DNA from: an uncultured candidate division Zixibacteria bacterium
Lineage (GTDB): Bacteria > Zixibacteria > MSB-5A5 > GN15 > FEB-12
Assembly (NCBI GenBank): GCA_963806185.1
Contig: CAWDXE010000004.1
Span: 288,001-352,000 of the forward strand
Length of the DNA: 64,000 bases
Direction: 5' to 3'
Of this stretch, positions 51,408 to 61,640 are shown piece by piece (positions within the stretch are counted from its first letter, which is position 1; each line of letters opens with the position of its first letter). Made by a program: the position numbers and the translations under genes. Below the pieces are notes generated by a model. The model was not told where the DNA came from. It made no database searches and worked only from the letters and a program-made list of their open reading frames with translations.

Positions 51408-52160
51408 GTGGCTGTGATAGTGTTGAAGACGACCGAAGAAATAGAAATTATGCGCCGGGCCGGAAGGATAGTCGGTGCGGTGCTCGATCTGGTTGAGGAG
51501 ACCATCGAGCCGGGCCTGACCACGAGCCAGCTCGACATGCTGATCGAGGACTACATTCGGTCGCACGGCGCGATCCCGGCGTTCAAGAACTACCACGGGT
51601 ATCCGGCCTCAGCCTGTATTTCGATCGATGATGAAGTTGTTCATGGCATTCCGGGTAATCGGAAGATTCAGGCCGGGGACATCGTTTCGGTCGATGTCGG
51701 GGCGATTGTCGATGACTATTATGGCGACGGCGCCCGGACCTTTCCGGTGGGCGAGGTCAGTCAGGCGAAGACGCAGTTGATGGAATGGACCTACAAGTGC
51801 CTGCTGGCCGGTATTGACAAAGCGCGGAAAGGTAATAAATTAGGGGAAATTTCCGCAGCCGTGCAGCAGACTGCTGAGAGTAAAGGTTACGGGGTAGTGC
51901 GTCAACTCGTGGGCCATGGCATTGGTCGAAAGATGCACGAGGAACCCCAGGTGCCGAACTTTGGTTCCCCAACGGAAGGTCCGGTGCTGAAACCCGGCAT
52001 GGTCCTGGCGATCGAACCCATGATCAATATGGGGACGTACGACGTCAAGACGATGCCTGACGGCTGGACCATCGTTACGGCTGACGGACTCCCGTCGGCC
52101 CATTTCGAGCACACCGTCGCGATTACGGAGAATGGGCCGGAGATACTGACCCTCTCGTAA
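51408..52160 (+). CDS. map: Methionine aminopeptidase
   Basis: VVHGIP, GHGIG, HEEP, AIEPM, SAHFEHT. Confidence 0.96.
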   Translation: MAVIVLKTTEEIEIMRRAGRIVGAVLDLVEETIEPGLTTSQLDMLIEDYIRSHGAIPAFKNYHGYPASACISIDDEVVHGIPGNRKIQAGDIVSVDVGAIVDDYYGDGARTFPVGEVSQAKTQLMEWTYKCLLAGIDKARKGNKLGEISAAVQQTAESKGYGVVRQLVGHGIGRKMHEEPQVPNFGSPTEGPVLKPGMVLAIEPMINMGTYDVKTMPDGWTIVTADGLPSAHFEHTVAITENGPEILTLS

Positions 52161-52173
52161 ACTGTAGGAGACT

Positions 52174-52392
52174 ATGGCCAAAGAAGAGACCATTACTGTT
52201 GAAGGGAAAGTTATTGAGCCGTTACCGAACGCGATGTTTCGGGTCGAGCTCGACAATGGTCACGTGGTCTTGGCGCACATCTCGGGGAAGATGCGAATGC
52301 ATTTCATAAAGATTCTTCCGGGCGACAAAGTGACCCTGGAATTGTCGCCCTACGATTTAACCCGCGGTCGCATCACGTACCGCTACAAATAA
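52174..52392 (+). CDS. infA: Translation initiation factor IF-1
   Basis: [26 protein letters not shown]. Confidence 0.97.
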   Translation: MAKEETITVEGKVIEPLPNAMFRVELDNGHVVLAHISGKMRMHFIKILPGDKVTLELSPYDLTRGRITYRYK

Positions 52393-52416
52393 GCGTACTG
52401 GAGAGAAGTAGTCGTC

Positions 52417-52533
52417 ATGAAAGTCAGATCGGCCATCAAGAAGCGGTGCGAACACTGCAAAGTCATCAAGCGTCGCGGCGTGCTGCGGGTGATCTGTTCG
52501 AAGAACCCCAGTCACAAGCAGCGTCAGGGTTAA
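52417..52533 (+). CDS. rpmJ: Ribosomal protein L36
   Basis: [38 protein letters not shown] read by hand. Confidence 0.95.
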   Translation: MKVRSAIKKRCEHCKVIKRRGVLRVICSKNPSHKQRQG

Positions 52534-52570
52534 GCAGAAACGTGTTGTTTTGGAATAAAGGAGTAGTGCG

Positions 52571-52958
52571 TTGGCTCGTATAGCCGGAATCGACCTGCCC
52601 AAAGATAAGCGCATCGACGTTGCGCTCAGGTACATTTACGGGATCGGCCCGGTAACCTCCAATCAGATATTGGATAAGACCGGCGTCAGCCCGGAGTACG
52701 CGGGTAAACAAATTGACCGACGATGAAGTGGCCAAGTTGCGCGGTGTGATCGAGAATGAATACACCGTCGAGGGCTCTTTGCGCGGTGAAATTTCGATGA
52801 ACATCAAACGGTTGATCGATATCGGCAGCTATCGTGGTTTGCGCCATCGTCGCGGCTTGCCGGTGCGCGGTCAACGGACGAAGACCAATGCGCGGACCCG
52901 TAAAGGACCGCGCAAGTCGATCGGCGGTCTGAAGAAGAAGGGACCGGCCAAGGCCTGA
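52571..52958 (+). CDS. rpsM: Ribosomal protein S13 (one frameshift)
   Basis: TTG start [41 protein letters not shown]. Confidence 0.95.
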
Positions 52959-52994
52959 TGTTGCCAAATGATGATTGTGGTATAGAGGAATATT

Positions 52995-53388
52995 GTGGCT
53001 GAACCAAAGAAGAAACGCACTAAGAAGAAAATGTCCCGCGTCGATGCGAACGGCGATCGTTCACATCAAGGCGACGTTTAATAACACGCAGGTGACGGTT
53101 GCCGACAACAACGGCAATACGATTTCCTGGGCGTCGTCCGGCAAGGCCGGTTTCAAGGGATCCAAGAAGTCAACGCCGTTTGCGGCGCAGTTGGCCGCGT
53201 CGAGCGCGGCTCGCGAGGCGATGGATCTTGGCCTGCGTCGGGTGGAAGTCTGGGTGAAGGGACCGGGCGGCGGCCGCGAGGCGGCGATTCGTTCGCTGGC
53301 GGCGGCCGGGCTGGAGATCACGCTGATTCGTGACGTTACGCCGATTCCGCACAACGGTTGCCGTCCGCCCAAGCGTCGTCGCGTATAA
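52995..53388 (+). CDS. rpsK: Ribosomal protein S11 (frameshifts near the N-terminus)
   Basis: [32 protein letters not shown]. Confidence 0.95.
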
Positions 53389-53425
53389 CTTGACTGTTTG
53401 TTGTATTTGGCATAGAGGAGAATGA

Positions 53426-54052
53426 ATGGCTCGGTATCGTGAGGCCGTTTGCAGATTGTGTCGCCGTGAAGGCGAGAAGCTTTTCCTGAAGGGACAGCGG
53501 TGTCTGACGGACAAGTGCGCCATTGAGCGCCGTCAGTACGCCCCCGGCCAGCATGGTCAGGGGATGCGTCGCAAGTTGTCCGCTTACGGGATTCAGCTGC
53601 GGGAAAAGCAGAAGGTTCGCCGTTTGTACGGCATGTTGGAAACGCAGTTCCACAACTACTTTGAAAGGGCGAGCGGCAGAACCGGCGTCACGGGCGAATT
53701 GCTCGTGCAGATGCTGGAATTGCGTCTCGACAACTGGTCTACCGGCTGGGTTTCGCGGCGTCGCGCAAGGCGGCGCGCCAGTTGGTCAGACACCGTCACA
53801 TTCTGGTGAACGGGCACATTGTGGATATCCCGTCGTATCAGGTGAAGCCGCACGAGCTCATCAGGGTAAAGGACAAGTCCAAGAACCTGGACCTGATTCA
53901 CGGATCGTTGAAGATGAATCGCGGCGGCGATCTAGCCTGGCTTCGCGTGAACAAGGCGTCACTGGAAGGCGAGCTTCTGGAAATACCGAAGCGCATGGAC
54001 ATCCCGCTGACCGCCAACGAGCAGCTTTATCGTCGAGTTGTATTCCAAGTAG
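53426..54052 (+). CDS. rpsD: Ribosomal protein S4 (frameshifted)
   Basis: [40 protein letters not shown]. Confidence 0.95.
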
Positions 54053-54086
54053 TCGTCAACAGTCCTGAGGGAGGACGAGGAAGAAT

Positions 54087-55073
54087 ATGAAGTGGAAACC
54101 GTTAACGATGCCGAAGGAAGTGGTCAACGACCAGTCCTCCGCATCGGAACACTATTCTCGATTTACCGTTGAGCCGCTGGAACGCGGTTACGGCGCAACG
54201 CTGGGCAACTGCCTGCGCCGTGTCCTCTTGTCGTCAATTCAGGGAGGCGCGCCGGTCGGGATTCGCATCAAGGGCGCCCTGCATGAATTCGCCACGATCC
54301 CCGGCCTGTACGAGGATGTGACCAATATCGTGCTGAATGTCAAAGGCATGATCGTGCGCATGCACGCCGACGACATGCGGACCCTGCGGTTCAAGACCAA
54401 TCAGAAGGGTCGTATCACGGCCGGCAGTTTTTCGGCCGATTCGGAAGTTGAGATTCTCAATCCGGAACTGCCGATCTGCGAGCTGACCGACGATATCGAT
54501 TTTGAAATGGAAATCGACGTCGATTCCGGTCGCGGCTACAGTCTGGCTGAGTCGAACAAACGTCCGGAAGCCCCCGTGGGCACCGTCTTTGTCGATTCGC
54601 TTTTCTCGCCGGTCACCAAAGTTTCGTACCAGGTGGAGAACACGCGCGTCGGACAGAAGACCGACTACGATCGTCTGATTCTGGAGATCACTACGAACGG
54701 CGCCATCAAGCCGGAAGACGCGCTTTCCTACGCCGCAAAGCTGGTGAAGGACCACCTGCAATTGTTCATCCATATGGATGAGAACATCATGGTCGAGGAG
54801 CTGCCCAAGGAAGACGAGGAAGTGCTTCGCATCCGGGGACTGCTCAAGACGCGGGTGGATGAGCTGGAGCTTTCGGTCCGGTCGTCGAATTGCCTGCGTG
54901 CGGCCAATATCCAGACGTTGGAAGAATTAGTGCAGAAGTCCGAGGCCGAGATGCTCAAATTTCGCAACTTCGGTCGTAAGTCATTGAATGAAATCGGTTC
55001 GCTGCTCGAGTCCATGGACCTGCATTTCGGCATGGATATTTCCAAGTTTATTGAGCCGGCAGCCAAAAAATAG
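54087..55073 (+). CDS. rpoA: RNA polymerase alpha subunit
   Basis: EPLERGYG.TLGN.LRR.LLSS, FSPV, LELSVRS.NCL, NFGRKSL. Confidence 0.97.
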   Translation: MKWKPLTMPKEVVNDQSSASEHYSRFTVEPLERGYGATLGNCLRRVLLSSIQGGAPVGIRIKGALHEFATIPGLYEDVTNIVLNVKGMIVRMHADDMRTLRFKTNQKGRITAGSFSADSEVEILNPELPICELTDDIDFEMEIDVDSGRGYSLAESNKRPEAPVGTVFVDSLFSPVTKVSYQVENTRVGQKTDYDRLILEITTNGAIKPEDALSYAAKLVKDHLQLFIHMDENIMVEELPKEDEEVLRIRGLLKTRVDELELSVRSSNCLRAANIQTLEELVQKSEAEMLKFRNFGRKSLNEIGSLLESMDLHFGMDISKFIEPAAKK

Positions 55074-55089
55074 CGAGTAGAGCAACGAC

Positions 55090-55578
55090 ATGGGACATCA
55101 AGACAAAGTTGTCAAACTGGGTCGGACCCGGGCGCACCGTGATGCAATGCTGGCCAATATGGCCATGTCGTTGTTCATACACCGGGTGATCAAAACGACT
55201 GATGCGAAGGCCAAGGCCCTCCGGCCCGTGGTCGATCGTCTGATTTCGACCGCCAAGAAGAACACGCTGGCGTCCAAGCGCGAAGTCGCTAAGACCGTGC
55301 GTGACAAAGAAGTGTTCAAGAAACTGTACAAGGATATTCTTCCGGCCATGGGCGAACGAAGCTCAGGGTTTACGCGCGTAGTCAAGCTGGGAGTCCGTCG
55401 AGGCGACGGCGCCCTGATGGCGGTGGTGGAGCTTCTGACCCCTCGTCCGGTCGAAGAACCGGTGACCGACAAGAAGGGGAAAAAGGAAAAGAAGCCTCTT
55501 ACCAAGGCGTCCTTGTCCTCCAAGGCCGGAAAACCGAAGAAGACAAAGCCGACCGACAAACGGGTCGCTAAGGCCTGA
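55090..55578 (+). CDS. rplQ: Ribosomal protein L17 with Lys-rich tail
   Basis: KLGRT..HR.AML.N, IKTT..KAK, GFTRVVK.G.RRGD.A. Confidence 0.96.
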   Translation: MGHQDKVVKLGRTRAHRDAMLANMAMSLFIHRVIKTTDAKAKALRPVVDRLISTAKKNTLASKREVAKTVRDKEVFKKLYKDILPAMGERSSGFTRVVKLGVRRGDGALMAVVELLTPRPVEEPVTDKKGKKEKKPLTKASLSSKAGKPKKTKPTDKRVAKA

Positions 55579-55601
55579 CCTTTTCGGAAAGAGATGAATC
55601 C

Positions 55602-55631
55602 AAACCCCGCTTTCGGCGGGGTTTTTCTTTT
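55602..55631 (+). terminator. Rho-independent terminator ending the ribosomal supercluster
   Basis: AAACCCCGCT-TTCG-GCGGGGTTT followed by TTCTTTT. Confidence 0.85.
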
Positions 55632-55754
55632 CCTCCCACTTGCTCCGCTCGCTGGACCGGTATTATATAACCGGTATACCGGCAACAGGGAGGGACTCTT
55701 CCAACGTCGTTTCCTGGCCTTCACGCTGTGCAGCATACGGGATAGGGGAATTTG

Positions 55755-56252
55755 ATGGAACAACCCAAGAGCGGTGGTATGTCGAAAGGGTGCCTGATCG
55801 GCCTGATCGTGGCTGGCGGGCTGCTCGTTTTGGTGATCATTCTGATGGTCACTTGCTATCTCAATCGAGACGACCTGGCAAAATTCGTCTCCGACCAGAG
55901 CGTTACGCGCATGAAGACGGAGATCGGCACGATGGCGGGTCCGGGTGTTGATTCGGCCAGGTTTAATGTGCTGGCCGACGCGTTTTCCGCGAAGCTGAAG
56001 ACGGAGCCATTTGATGAAATCCGGTTTGCCGGATTCGTCACGGCCGTGCAGAATTACCCGAAGATGGCCGAGGACAAGGTGCTTGATTCGATGGAAGTTA
56101 TGGAACTGGCTCACGCCATGATCACGTACTTCCCTGACCTGGGCACTTATTGGACGCCTTCACAACCGGTGGATACAACCGCTGCAATGCCGGATTCCGC
56201 GAAAGCCGGAGTCTCTGATACAGTCGTGAAAGACGCCGGCTCCGGTCAGTAG
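55755..56252 (+). CDS. Hypothetical single-pass membrane protein
   Basis: KGCLIGLIVAGGLLVLVIILMVTC TM segment; GGGGA SD. Confidence 0.65.
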   Translation: MEQPKSGGMSKGCLIGLIVAGGLLVLVIILMVTCYLNRDDLAKFVSDQSVTRMKTEIGTMAGPGVDSARFNVLADAFSAKLKTEPFDEIRFAGFVTAVQNYPKMAEDKVLDSMEVMELAHAMITYFPDLGTYWTPSQPVDTTAAMPDSAKAGVSDTVVKDAGSGQ

Positions 56253-56278
56253 CGGTCGAGCAAATTTAAGCAGCGAGT

Positions 56279-56941
56279 TTGCGAGTGGATGCCCTCACAC
56301 CCATTGCGGTCATCATAGGCGCTTATCTGTTGGGTTCGGTCCCCTTTGGACTGCTCGTTGCCCGAAGCTTTGGCGTTAGCGATATCCGCTCCCTCGGCTC
56401 GGGGAATATCGGCGCGACCAACGTGATGCGTGTGCTCGGGCCGAAGGCGGGCGTATGGGTGTACATCCTGGATATAGCCAAGGGCGTGCTCTCGGTTCTC
56501 GTTGCCCGATATGTGGAACAGTCTTTCTTGCCCCCAGACATATTTCGTGTTCTGGTCGGGTTGTCGGCGGTCATCGGGCATGTGTTTCCCGTTTATCTCG
56601 GATTCAAGGGGGGAAAGGGAGTGAATACGGCGTTTGGCGTCGTTTTGACACTACTACCGCTTCATTCGTTAATAGCCTTTGGTGTGTTCGTGATAACTGT
56701 GACAATTTCGAGATTTATCTCACTTGGTTCAATCATGGCCGCCTTCGTCTTGTTCGCGAGTGTGTTGTTTCAGAAGTTGATTTTGAATCAATCGATCGCG
56801 AATGTATACCTCTGGTTGACAGCGGCAATTGCCCTGCTCGTCGTCTTTACCCATCGTGCCAACATCAGCCGACTCCGGGCCGGGACCGAGAGTCGATTCT
56901 CTTTTTCGTCAACGACGAGCAAGGCGGGCCGGCATGAATGA
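56279..56941 (+). CDS. plsY: Acyl-phosphate:glycerol-3-phosphate acyltransferase
   Basis: YLLGSVP, GSGNIGATN, GH.FP...F.GGKGV, HRANI.RL. Confidence 0.95.
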   Translation: MRVDALTPIAVIIGAYLLGSVPFGLLVARSFGVSDIRSLGSGNIGATNVMRVLGPKAGVWVYILDIAKGVLSVLVARYVEQSFLPPDIFRVLVGLSAVIGHVFPVYLGFKGGKGVNTAFGVVLTLLPLHSLIAFGVFVITVTISRFISLGSIMAAFVLFASVLFQKLILNQSIANVYLWLTAAIALLVVFTHRANISRLRAGTESRFSFSSTTSKAGRHE

Positions 56942-57941
56942 ACGGGTTACGATTCTCGGTGCCGGCTCATGGGGAATGGCGATCGCCCGGCTCTTGCACG
57001 CGAATGGTTGCGCGGTGAATCTGTGGGAATACGATCCGCCCGTCTATCGCAAACTCGAAACGGACAGATCGGTGCCGACGCGACTCGATGGATTCCGAAT
57101 CCCTGACGGCGTGCATATTGCGAACAATCTGAATGAGGCGGTGAGGGACTGCACATTACTCGTGATAGCCATCCCGGCGCAGTTTGTCCGTGACTCGCTG
57201 CGCCAACTCAAGTCCTCGCCGAAACATGTGCAGGGGATAGTCAATCTCGCCAAAGGGATCGAATTGGGAACCCTGCAGAGGATGTCCGAGGTGATTCATC
57301 ACACGACTGATATCGCCTACGAGAAAATCGCCACATTGTCCGGTCCGTCACACGCCGAGGAGGTCATTAAGGACATGCCCACCACGGTCGTGGTCGCCGG
57401 ATACGCCCAGTCGTTCGTGGCGCAGGTGCAAGCGACGTTCAGTTCCGGCAGTTTCCGTGTCTATACATCGAATGACCTTGTTGGCGTCGAACTGGGCGGT
57501 GCGCTCAAGAACATTATTGCGATTGCGGCCGGCATTGCGGATGGACTCGGGTTCGGCGACAACACCAAGGGGGCGCTCATGACCCGCGGGCTGGCCGAGA
57601 TCACTCGCCTGGGGCTGGCCATGGGGGCGCGCGCGGAGACGTTCGCGGGTCTCTCGGGTCTGGGAGATCTGATTACGACATGTATATCGCAGCACAGCCG
57701 CAATCGGTATGTCGGCGAAAAAATCGGACGGGGAGAGACATTACAGCATATATTGTCGGGGATGACCATGGTAGCCGAAGGGGTGGCTACGGCATCGGCC
57801 GCGCTGGCGTTGTCGCGACAGCAATCGGTGGAGATGCCGATTACCGCGGAGATTTGCCAGGTGCTTTTCGAAGGGAAGCGGCCGACCGAGGCGGTGGAGC
57901 GGCTCATGGGACGGACACTCAAAGCGGAAATCTGGCAGTAA
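56934..57941 (+). CDS. gpsA: NAD(P)H-dependent glycerol-3-phosphate dehydrogenase
   Basis: GAGSWG, AKGIE, SGPSHAEE, GGALKNIIA, GLGDL..TC....SRNR. Confidence 0.96.
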   Translation: MNERVTILGAGSWGMAIARLLHANGCAVNLWEYDPPVYRKLETDRSVPTRLDGFRIPDGVHIANNLNEAVRDCTLLVIAIPAQFVRDSLRQLKSSPKHVQGIVNLAKGIELGTLQRMSEVIHHTTDIAYEKIATLSGPSHAEEVIKDMPTTVVVAGYAQSFVAQVQATFSSGSFRVYTSNDLVGVELGGALKNIIAIAAGIADGLGFGDNTKGALMTRGLAEITRLGLAMGARAETFAGLSGLGDLITTCISQHSRNRYVGEKIGRGETLQHILSGMTMVAEGVATASAALALSRQQSVEMPITAEICQVLFEGKRPTEAVERLMGRTLKAEIWQ

Positions 57942-57946
57942 GCAGT

Positions 57947-58321
57947 ATGGCAGAGGGCCCGGCCATGCATCATAAGAGTGGTGAAGACGACAAGCGGTAT
58001 TACTCGATCAGCGAAGTAGCGCGAATGACCGGTCTGGAGCCGTACGTGCTCCGGTACTGGGAGAAGGGAATTCCCGACCCTTGCATCCCCGCAAGAATCG
58101 CGGGGGCAGCCGGTTGTACACGTCGAGTGACATCGAGGTAATCAATCGGATCAACCATCTGCGGACCAAGGAGAAGCTGACTATTGCCGGCGCGAGGACC
58201 AAGCTGATGATGAAGCGTCCCAGCGAAGAGAAGACGGTGATGGTCAATCAGGCGCGGTCCCAGACCGCTGCTCGGGAAAATCCGGAAGGACGTCGAGGAC
58301 CTGCTCAAACTTTTCTCTTGA
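57947..58321 (+). CDS. MerR-family HTH regulator (two frameshifts)
   Basis: YYSISEVA...LEPYVLRYWEKEF..L.P.K..G.R.Y; ends LLGKIRKDVEDLLKLFS. Confidence 0.82.
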
Positions 58322-58381
58322 ATTTCGGCGCCATTAGGTCGATTTTTCGGTTACCCCAAGGGGGGGAGCATGCATAGTTGT

Positions 58382-58458
58382 CGGAGCGTAGCGCAGTTGG
58401 CTAGCGCACTCGCTTGGGGTGCGAGAGGTCGGCCGTTCGAATCGGCTCGCTCCGACCA
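58382..58458 (+). tRNA. tRNA-Pro(GGG), CCA encoded
   Basis: CGGAGCG/CGCTCCG acceptor; CTCGC-TT GGG GT-GCGAG. Confidence 0.94.
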
Positions 58459-58475
58459 TTTTTTTTGAAGCAGCT

Positions 58476-59186
58476 ATGATATCCCAGGTCAAATGGATGG
58501 ACGAGTCCACTGTTTTCCGATCCCAATCGACCCTGGTGGCTGTGCCGGCCTACAAAGCGGCCCAATACCTCCCCGAGCTCATCACCCGGCTTCGCAAGTT
58601 CGTCTGCAACGAAAATCTACTATTCATTAACGACGGGTCACCCGATGAAACCTCGGATATTCTCAGGCGAGAGGGCGTGGCCAATATCACTTTCCCGCAG
58701 AACAGAGGTAAGGGGGCGGCGCTCAAAGCGGCCTACGATTATGGCGTAAAGCATGGCTACCGGTCGGTGCTGACAATCGACGCCGATCTCCAGCATCTTC
58801 CAGAGGAAATCCCGCAATTTTACGCCTATGATGATGGCAACACAATCGTGATGGGAACGCGGAAGATCGAGTTCAAGACGATGCCGTTTTCGCGGTGGCT
58901 CACGAATAATCTGACCTCGATCATCATATCAGCCTTTTCGTCCCAGCGCGTTCGCGACAGCCAGTCCGGATTTCGATTGTTTCCGACCAGTGCGCTGCGG
59001 GCTATTCCCTTGTCGACGGTGAAATACGATCTTGAGTCTGAGATCCTGTTCAAGGCCGGAGCGCTCGGTTGTCGGGTCGTGGAAGTGCCGATCACGGTGA
59101 TCTACGAGGGTTCGCACTCCTACATCAATCCGTTGAAAGACACGCTTCGGTTTATCCGCCAAATCTGGAAGCGAATCTGGGCCTGA
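58476..59186 (+). CDS. Family 2 glycosyltransferase (DPM-synthase-like)
   Basis: VPAY, NDGSPD, NRGKGAAL, DADLQH, RDSQSGFR. Confidence 0.9.
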   Translation: MISQVKWMDESTVFRSQSTLVAVPAYKAAQYLPELITRLRKFVCNENLLFINDGSPDETSDILRREGVANITFPQNRGKGAALKAAYDYGVKHGYRSVLTIDADLQHLPEEIPQFYAYDDGNTIVMGTRKIEFKTMPFSRWLTNNLTSIIISAFSSQRVRDSQSGFRLFPTSALRAIPLSTVKYDLESEILFKAGALGCRVVEVPITVIYEGSHSYINPLKDTLRFIRQIWKRIWA

Positions 59187-59219
59187 GTGAATCGCCTTCG
59201 CCGCACGAGGTGGCGCCGA

Positions 59220-59248
59220 TTGACTTTTTCGCCGCATCACCCTAAACT
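59220..59248 (+). promoter_or_regulatory. Promoter for surE
   Basis: TTGACT-17 bp-TAAACT ending 9 nt before the ATG. Confidence 0.6.
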
Positions 59249-59257
59249 ATTCTTCTC

Positions 59258-60037
59258 ATGACTTCACGAAGACATTCGCTCGCAAAGCTCCGCGTCCTGT
59301 TGACCAACGACGATGGGTATCATGCCGATGGTATCACGACGCTCTTCCGGGTGTTGTCACGCAAATACGATGTCTATCTGGTAGCGCCCGATCGCGAGCA
59401 ATCGGCCTCGTCACACTCCCTCACGCTCAACCGTCCCCTGCGAGTCCGAAAGATCGACAGCCATCGGTTTACGACCGACGGCACGCCGACCGACTGCGTC
59501 ATGTTGGCGGTACACCTGTTGTTTAAGGGGAAGAAACCCGATTTGATCGTGTCAGGCATCAACCACGGCGGGAATATGGGGGACGACGTTACCTACTCCG
59601 GTACGGTGGCAGCGGCGATCGAAGGGGCGATCCTCAAAGTTCCGTCGCTGGCGGTATCTATGGCCCAGTATCGGCCCGGGATGTCGTTTGTTAGCGCGGC
59701 CAGGTTTGTCGCGCGCCTGATTGCCAGGTATCCCAGTCTCGGTTTGGAGACGAACACGCTCCTGAATGTCAATTTCCCGGCCGACGACGGCAGCCCATAC
59801 AAGGCGTTTGAAATCACCCGGCAGGGGATCCGCCATTACCGCGACATCGTGATTCGCAAGACCGACCCGCGCGGGACGCCGTACTATTGGATCGGCGGGC
59901 GGCCCATGTGGCGGAGCACCAAGGGGTCGGATTTCAATGCCATCGACCGGGGAGTGGTGTCGATTACACCCATGAAGCTCGATTACACGGATGAGGATGC
60001 GTTGGAGCGGCTGCGCGGGCTCCCCGGATCGCTCTGA
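59258..60037 (+). CDS. surE: 5'/3'-nucleotidase SurE
   Basis: LLTNDDG, AP...QS..S, GTPTDCV, SGINHG.N, YSGTVAAA.EG. Confidence 0.96.
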   Translation: MTSRRHSLAKLRVLLTNDDGYHADGITTLFRVLSRKYDVYLVAPDREQSASSHSLTLNRPLRVRKIDSHRFTTDGTPTDCVMLAVHLLFKGKKPDLIVSGINHGGNMGDDVTYSGTVAAAIEGAILKVPSLAVSMAQYRPGMSFVSAARFVARLIARYPSLGLETNTLLNVNFPADDGSPYKAFEITRQGIRHYRDIVIRKTDPRGTPYYWIGGRPMWRSTKGSDFNAIDRGVVSITPMKLDYTDEDALERLRGLPGSL

Positions 60038-60107
60038 TGCCCGGTGATCCCCAAACCCCGGTGTTCATGGCGAGGGCGAATAATTCTTGCCCAAAGGCTT
60101 TGGGGTA

Positions 60108-60135
60108 TTGACTTTCGGTGGCTTGTCGATATACT
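60108..60135 (+). promoter_or_regulatory. Promoter for tRNA-Pro(CGG)
   Basis: TTGACT-16 bp-TATACT. Confidence 0.6.
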
Positions 60136-60157
60136 ATCTGTTCGCCGAAAACGACAT

Positions 60158-60230
60158 CGGGGCGTGGCGCAGTTGGTAGCGCGCTTGGTTCGGGACTAAG
60201 AGGTCGCTGGTTCAAATCCAGTCGCCCCGA
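60158..60230 (+). tRNA. tRNA-Pro(CGG)
   Basis: CGGGGCG/CGCCCCG acceptor; CTTGG-TT CGG GA-CTAAG. Confidence 0.93.
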
Positions 60231-60307
60231 TTTTGTTAAGCTGTTCAGAGCCTCATCCGGCGCCGGTTTTCCGTCTTATTACATACACGGCAGGTCAGGA
60301 TAAATCA

Positions 60308-60781
60308 ATGGCAGCAGAACGCACACTGTATGTCGCGGTCATAGGTGCCGGCAAGTGTTCCAAGAAACTCCGGGATATGGCAGCGGTGGTAGGTAAGTAC
60401 GTCGCCGAGCACGGTGGCGTCATCGTCTGCGGCGGGCTGGGCGGTATCATGGAAGGGGCGGCCCAGGGGGCGAAGGAGGGGGGAGGCACTACGATCGGCA
60501 TCCTGCCGACCGACAATCGGGCCGACGCCAATCCATACATCGATCACGCCATTCCGACGGGTTTGGGTGAAGCGCGAAACATCATTGTCGTCCGCACGGC
60601 CGACGTCGTCATAGCGTTTCCGGGTAAATATGGGACCCTTTCCGAGATGGCCTTTGCGCTGCTGGCGGAAAAACCGGTGATTTCGATTTCCGCCTGGAAG
60701 CTGGGCGACGACATTCGGTATTGCGAGGATCCACTCGAAGCGGCCAAATTGGCGATGGAACTCGCCCTGCAGTCAGCATGA
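60308..60781 (+). CDS. TIGR00725-like / LOG-superfamily Rossmann-fold protein
   Basis: VAVIG, CGGLGGIME, TIGILP, TGLGEARN, GTLSE. Confidence 0.85.
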   Translation: MAAERTLYVAVIGAGKCSKKLRDMAAVVGKYVAEHGGVIVCGGLGGIMEGAAQGAKEGGGTTIGILPTDNRADANPYIDHAIPTGLGEARNIIVVRTADVVIAFPGKYGTLSEMAFALLAEKPVISISAWKLGDDIRYCEDPLEAAKLAMELALQSA

Positions 60782-61056
60782 ATCAGGTGGGGGCACACAT
60801 CGTCGTCTCCGGCCTTGTGCAAGGAGTCGGCTTCCGCTATTATTGCCTGCGTAACGCGGCTCAGCTCGGATTGACCGGATGGGTGAGGAATCAGCCGGAC
60901 GGCTCGGTGGCTGTCCATGCCGAGGGGAACCGCGGCCAAATTGAAGCATTGATAGAGGTTCTCAAAGTGGGGCCACGAAACGCGGCGGTGCGCGATCTCC
61001 AGATTCGCTGGGAGGTATACACCGGCAAGTACTCGTCCTTCAGCCTAGCCCACTAA
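60778..61056 (+). CDS. acyP: Acylphosphatase
   Basis: VSGLVQGVGFRY, GWVRN..DGSV, GP. Confidence 0.93.
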   Translation: MNQVGAHIVVSGLVQGVGFRYYCLRNAAQLGLTGWVRNQPDGSVAVHAEGNRGQIEALIEVLKVGPRNAAVRDLQIRWEVYTGKYSSFSLAH

Positions 61057-61063
61057 ACACCGT

Positions 61064-61588
61064 ATGGAACAACTCAAGAAGTACATTCGCGAAATCCCGG
61101 ACCACCCGAAGCCGGGGATACTGTTTTACGACGTTACGACGCTCTTCCAGAATCCAGAGGGGCTTGAGTTGACGCTCGACGCCATGGAGCAATATGTGGC
61201 GTCGAAACGGGCCACCAAGATCGTCGGCATCGAAGCGCGCGGGTTTGTGCTCGGTGGCGCCCTTGCGGATCGTCTGCACCTGGGTTTCGTCCCGGCCCGC
61301 AAACGGGGGAAACTTCCGTACAAGACGATTGCGGAGTCTTATGCGCTGGAGTACGGCACCGATATCGTCGAGATTCACCAGGACGCTATTGTGGCAGGTG
61401 AACGGGTGGTTATCGTGGACGATTTGTTGGCGACCGGCGGCACGATGACCGCGGTTTGCCGGCTGGTGGAACGTCTTCAGGGGGAAGTGGTCGGTATCTC
61501 GACGGTGATCGGGTTGACCTTCTTGCCGTTCGCAGAAGCCCTATCGGGGTACGATGTTAGCTACCTGATTTCGTACGATTCCGAGTAG
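61064..61588 (+). CDS. apt: Adenine phosphoribosyltransferase
   Basis: PD.PKPGI.F.D, EARGF, RK.GKLP, Y.LEYG, VDDLLATGGT. Confidence 0.96.
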   Translation: MEQLKKYIREIPDHPKPGILFYDVTTLFQNPEGLELTLDAMEQYVASKRATKIVGIEARGFVLGGALADRLHLGFVPARKRGKLPYKTIAESYALEYGTDIVEIHQDAIVAGERVVIVDDLLATGGTMTAVCRLVERLQGEVVGISTVIGLTFLPFAEALSGYDVSYLISYDSE

Positions 61589-61593
61589 AATGC

Positions 61594-61622
61594 TTGCCTA
61601 AGTCCGACGCGCACGGTAGAAT
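61594..61622 (+). promoter_or_regulatory. Promoter for tRNA-Arg
   Basis: TTGCCT-17 bp-TAGAAT. Confidence 0.6.
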
Positions 61623-61640
61623 ACAGGATAGTCTCAGATT

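Noticed and set aside
58382..60230. Genomic island bounded by two tRNA-Pro genes
   Set aside because: They are different complete isoacceptors, not an att duplication; the cargo is housekeeping and no integrase is present
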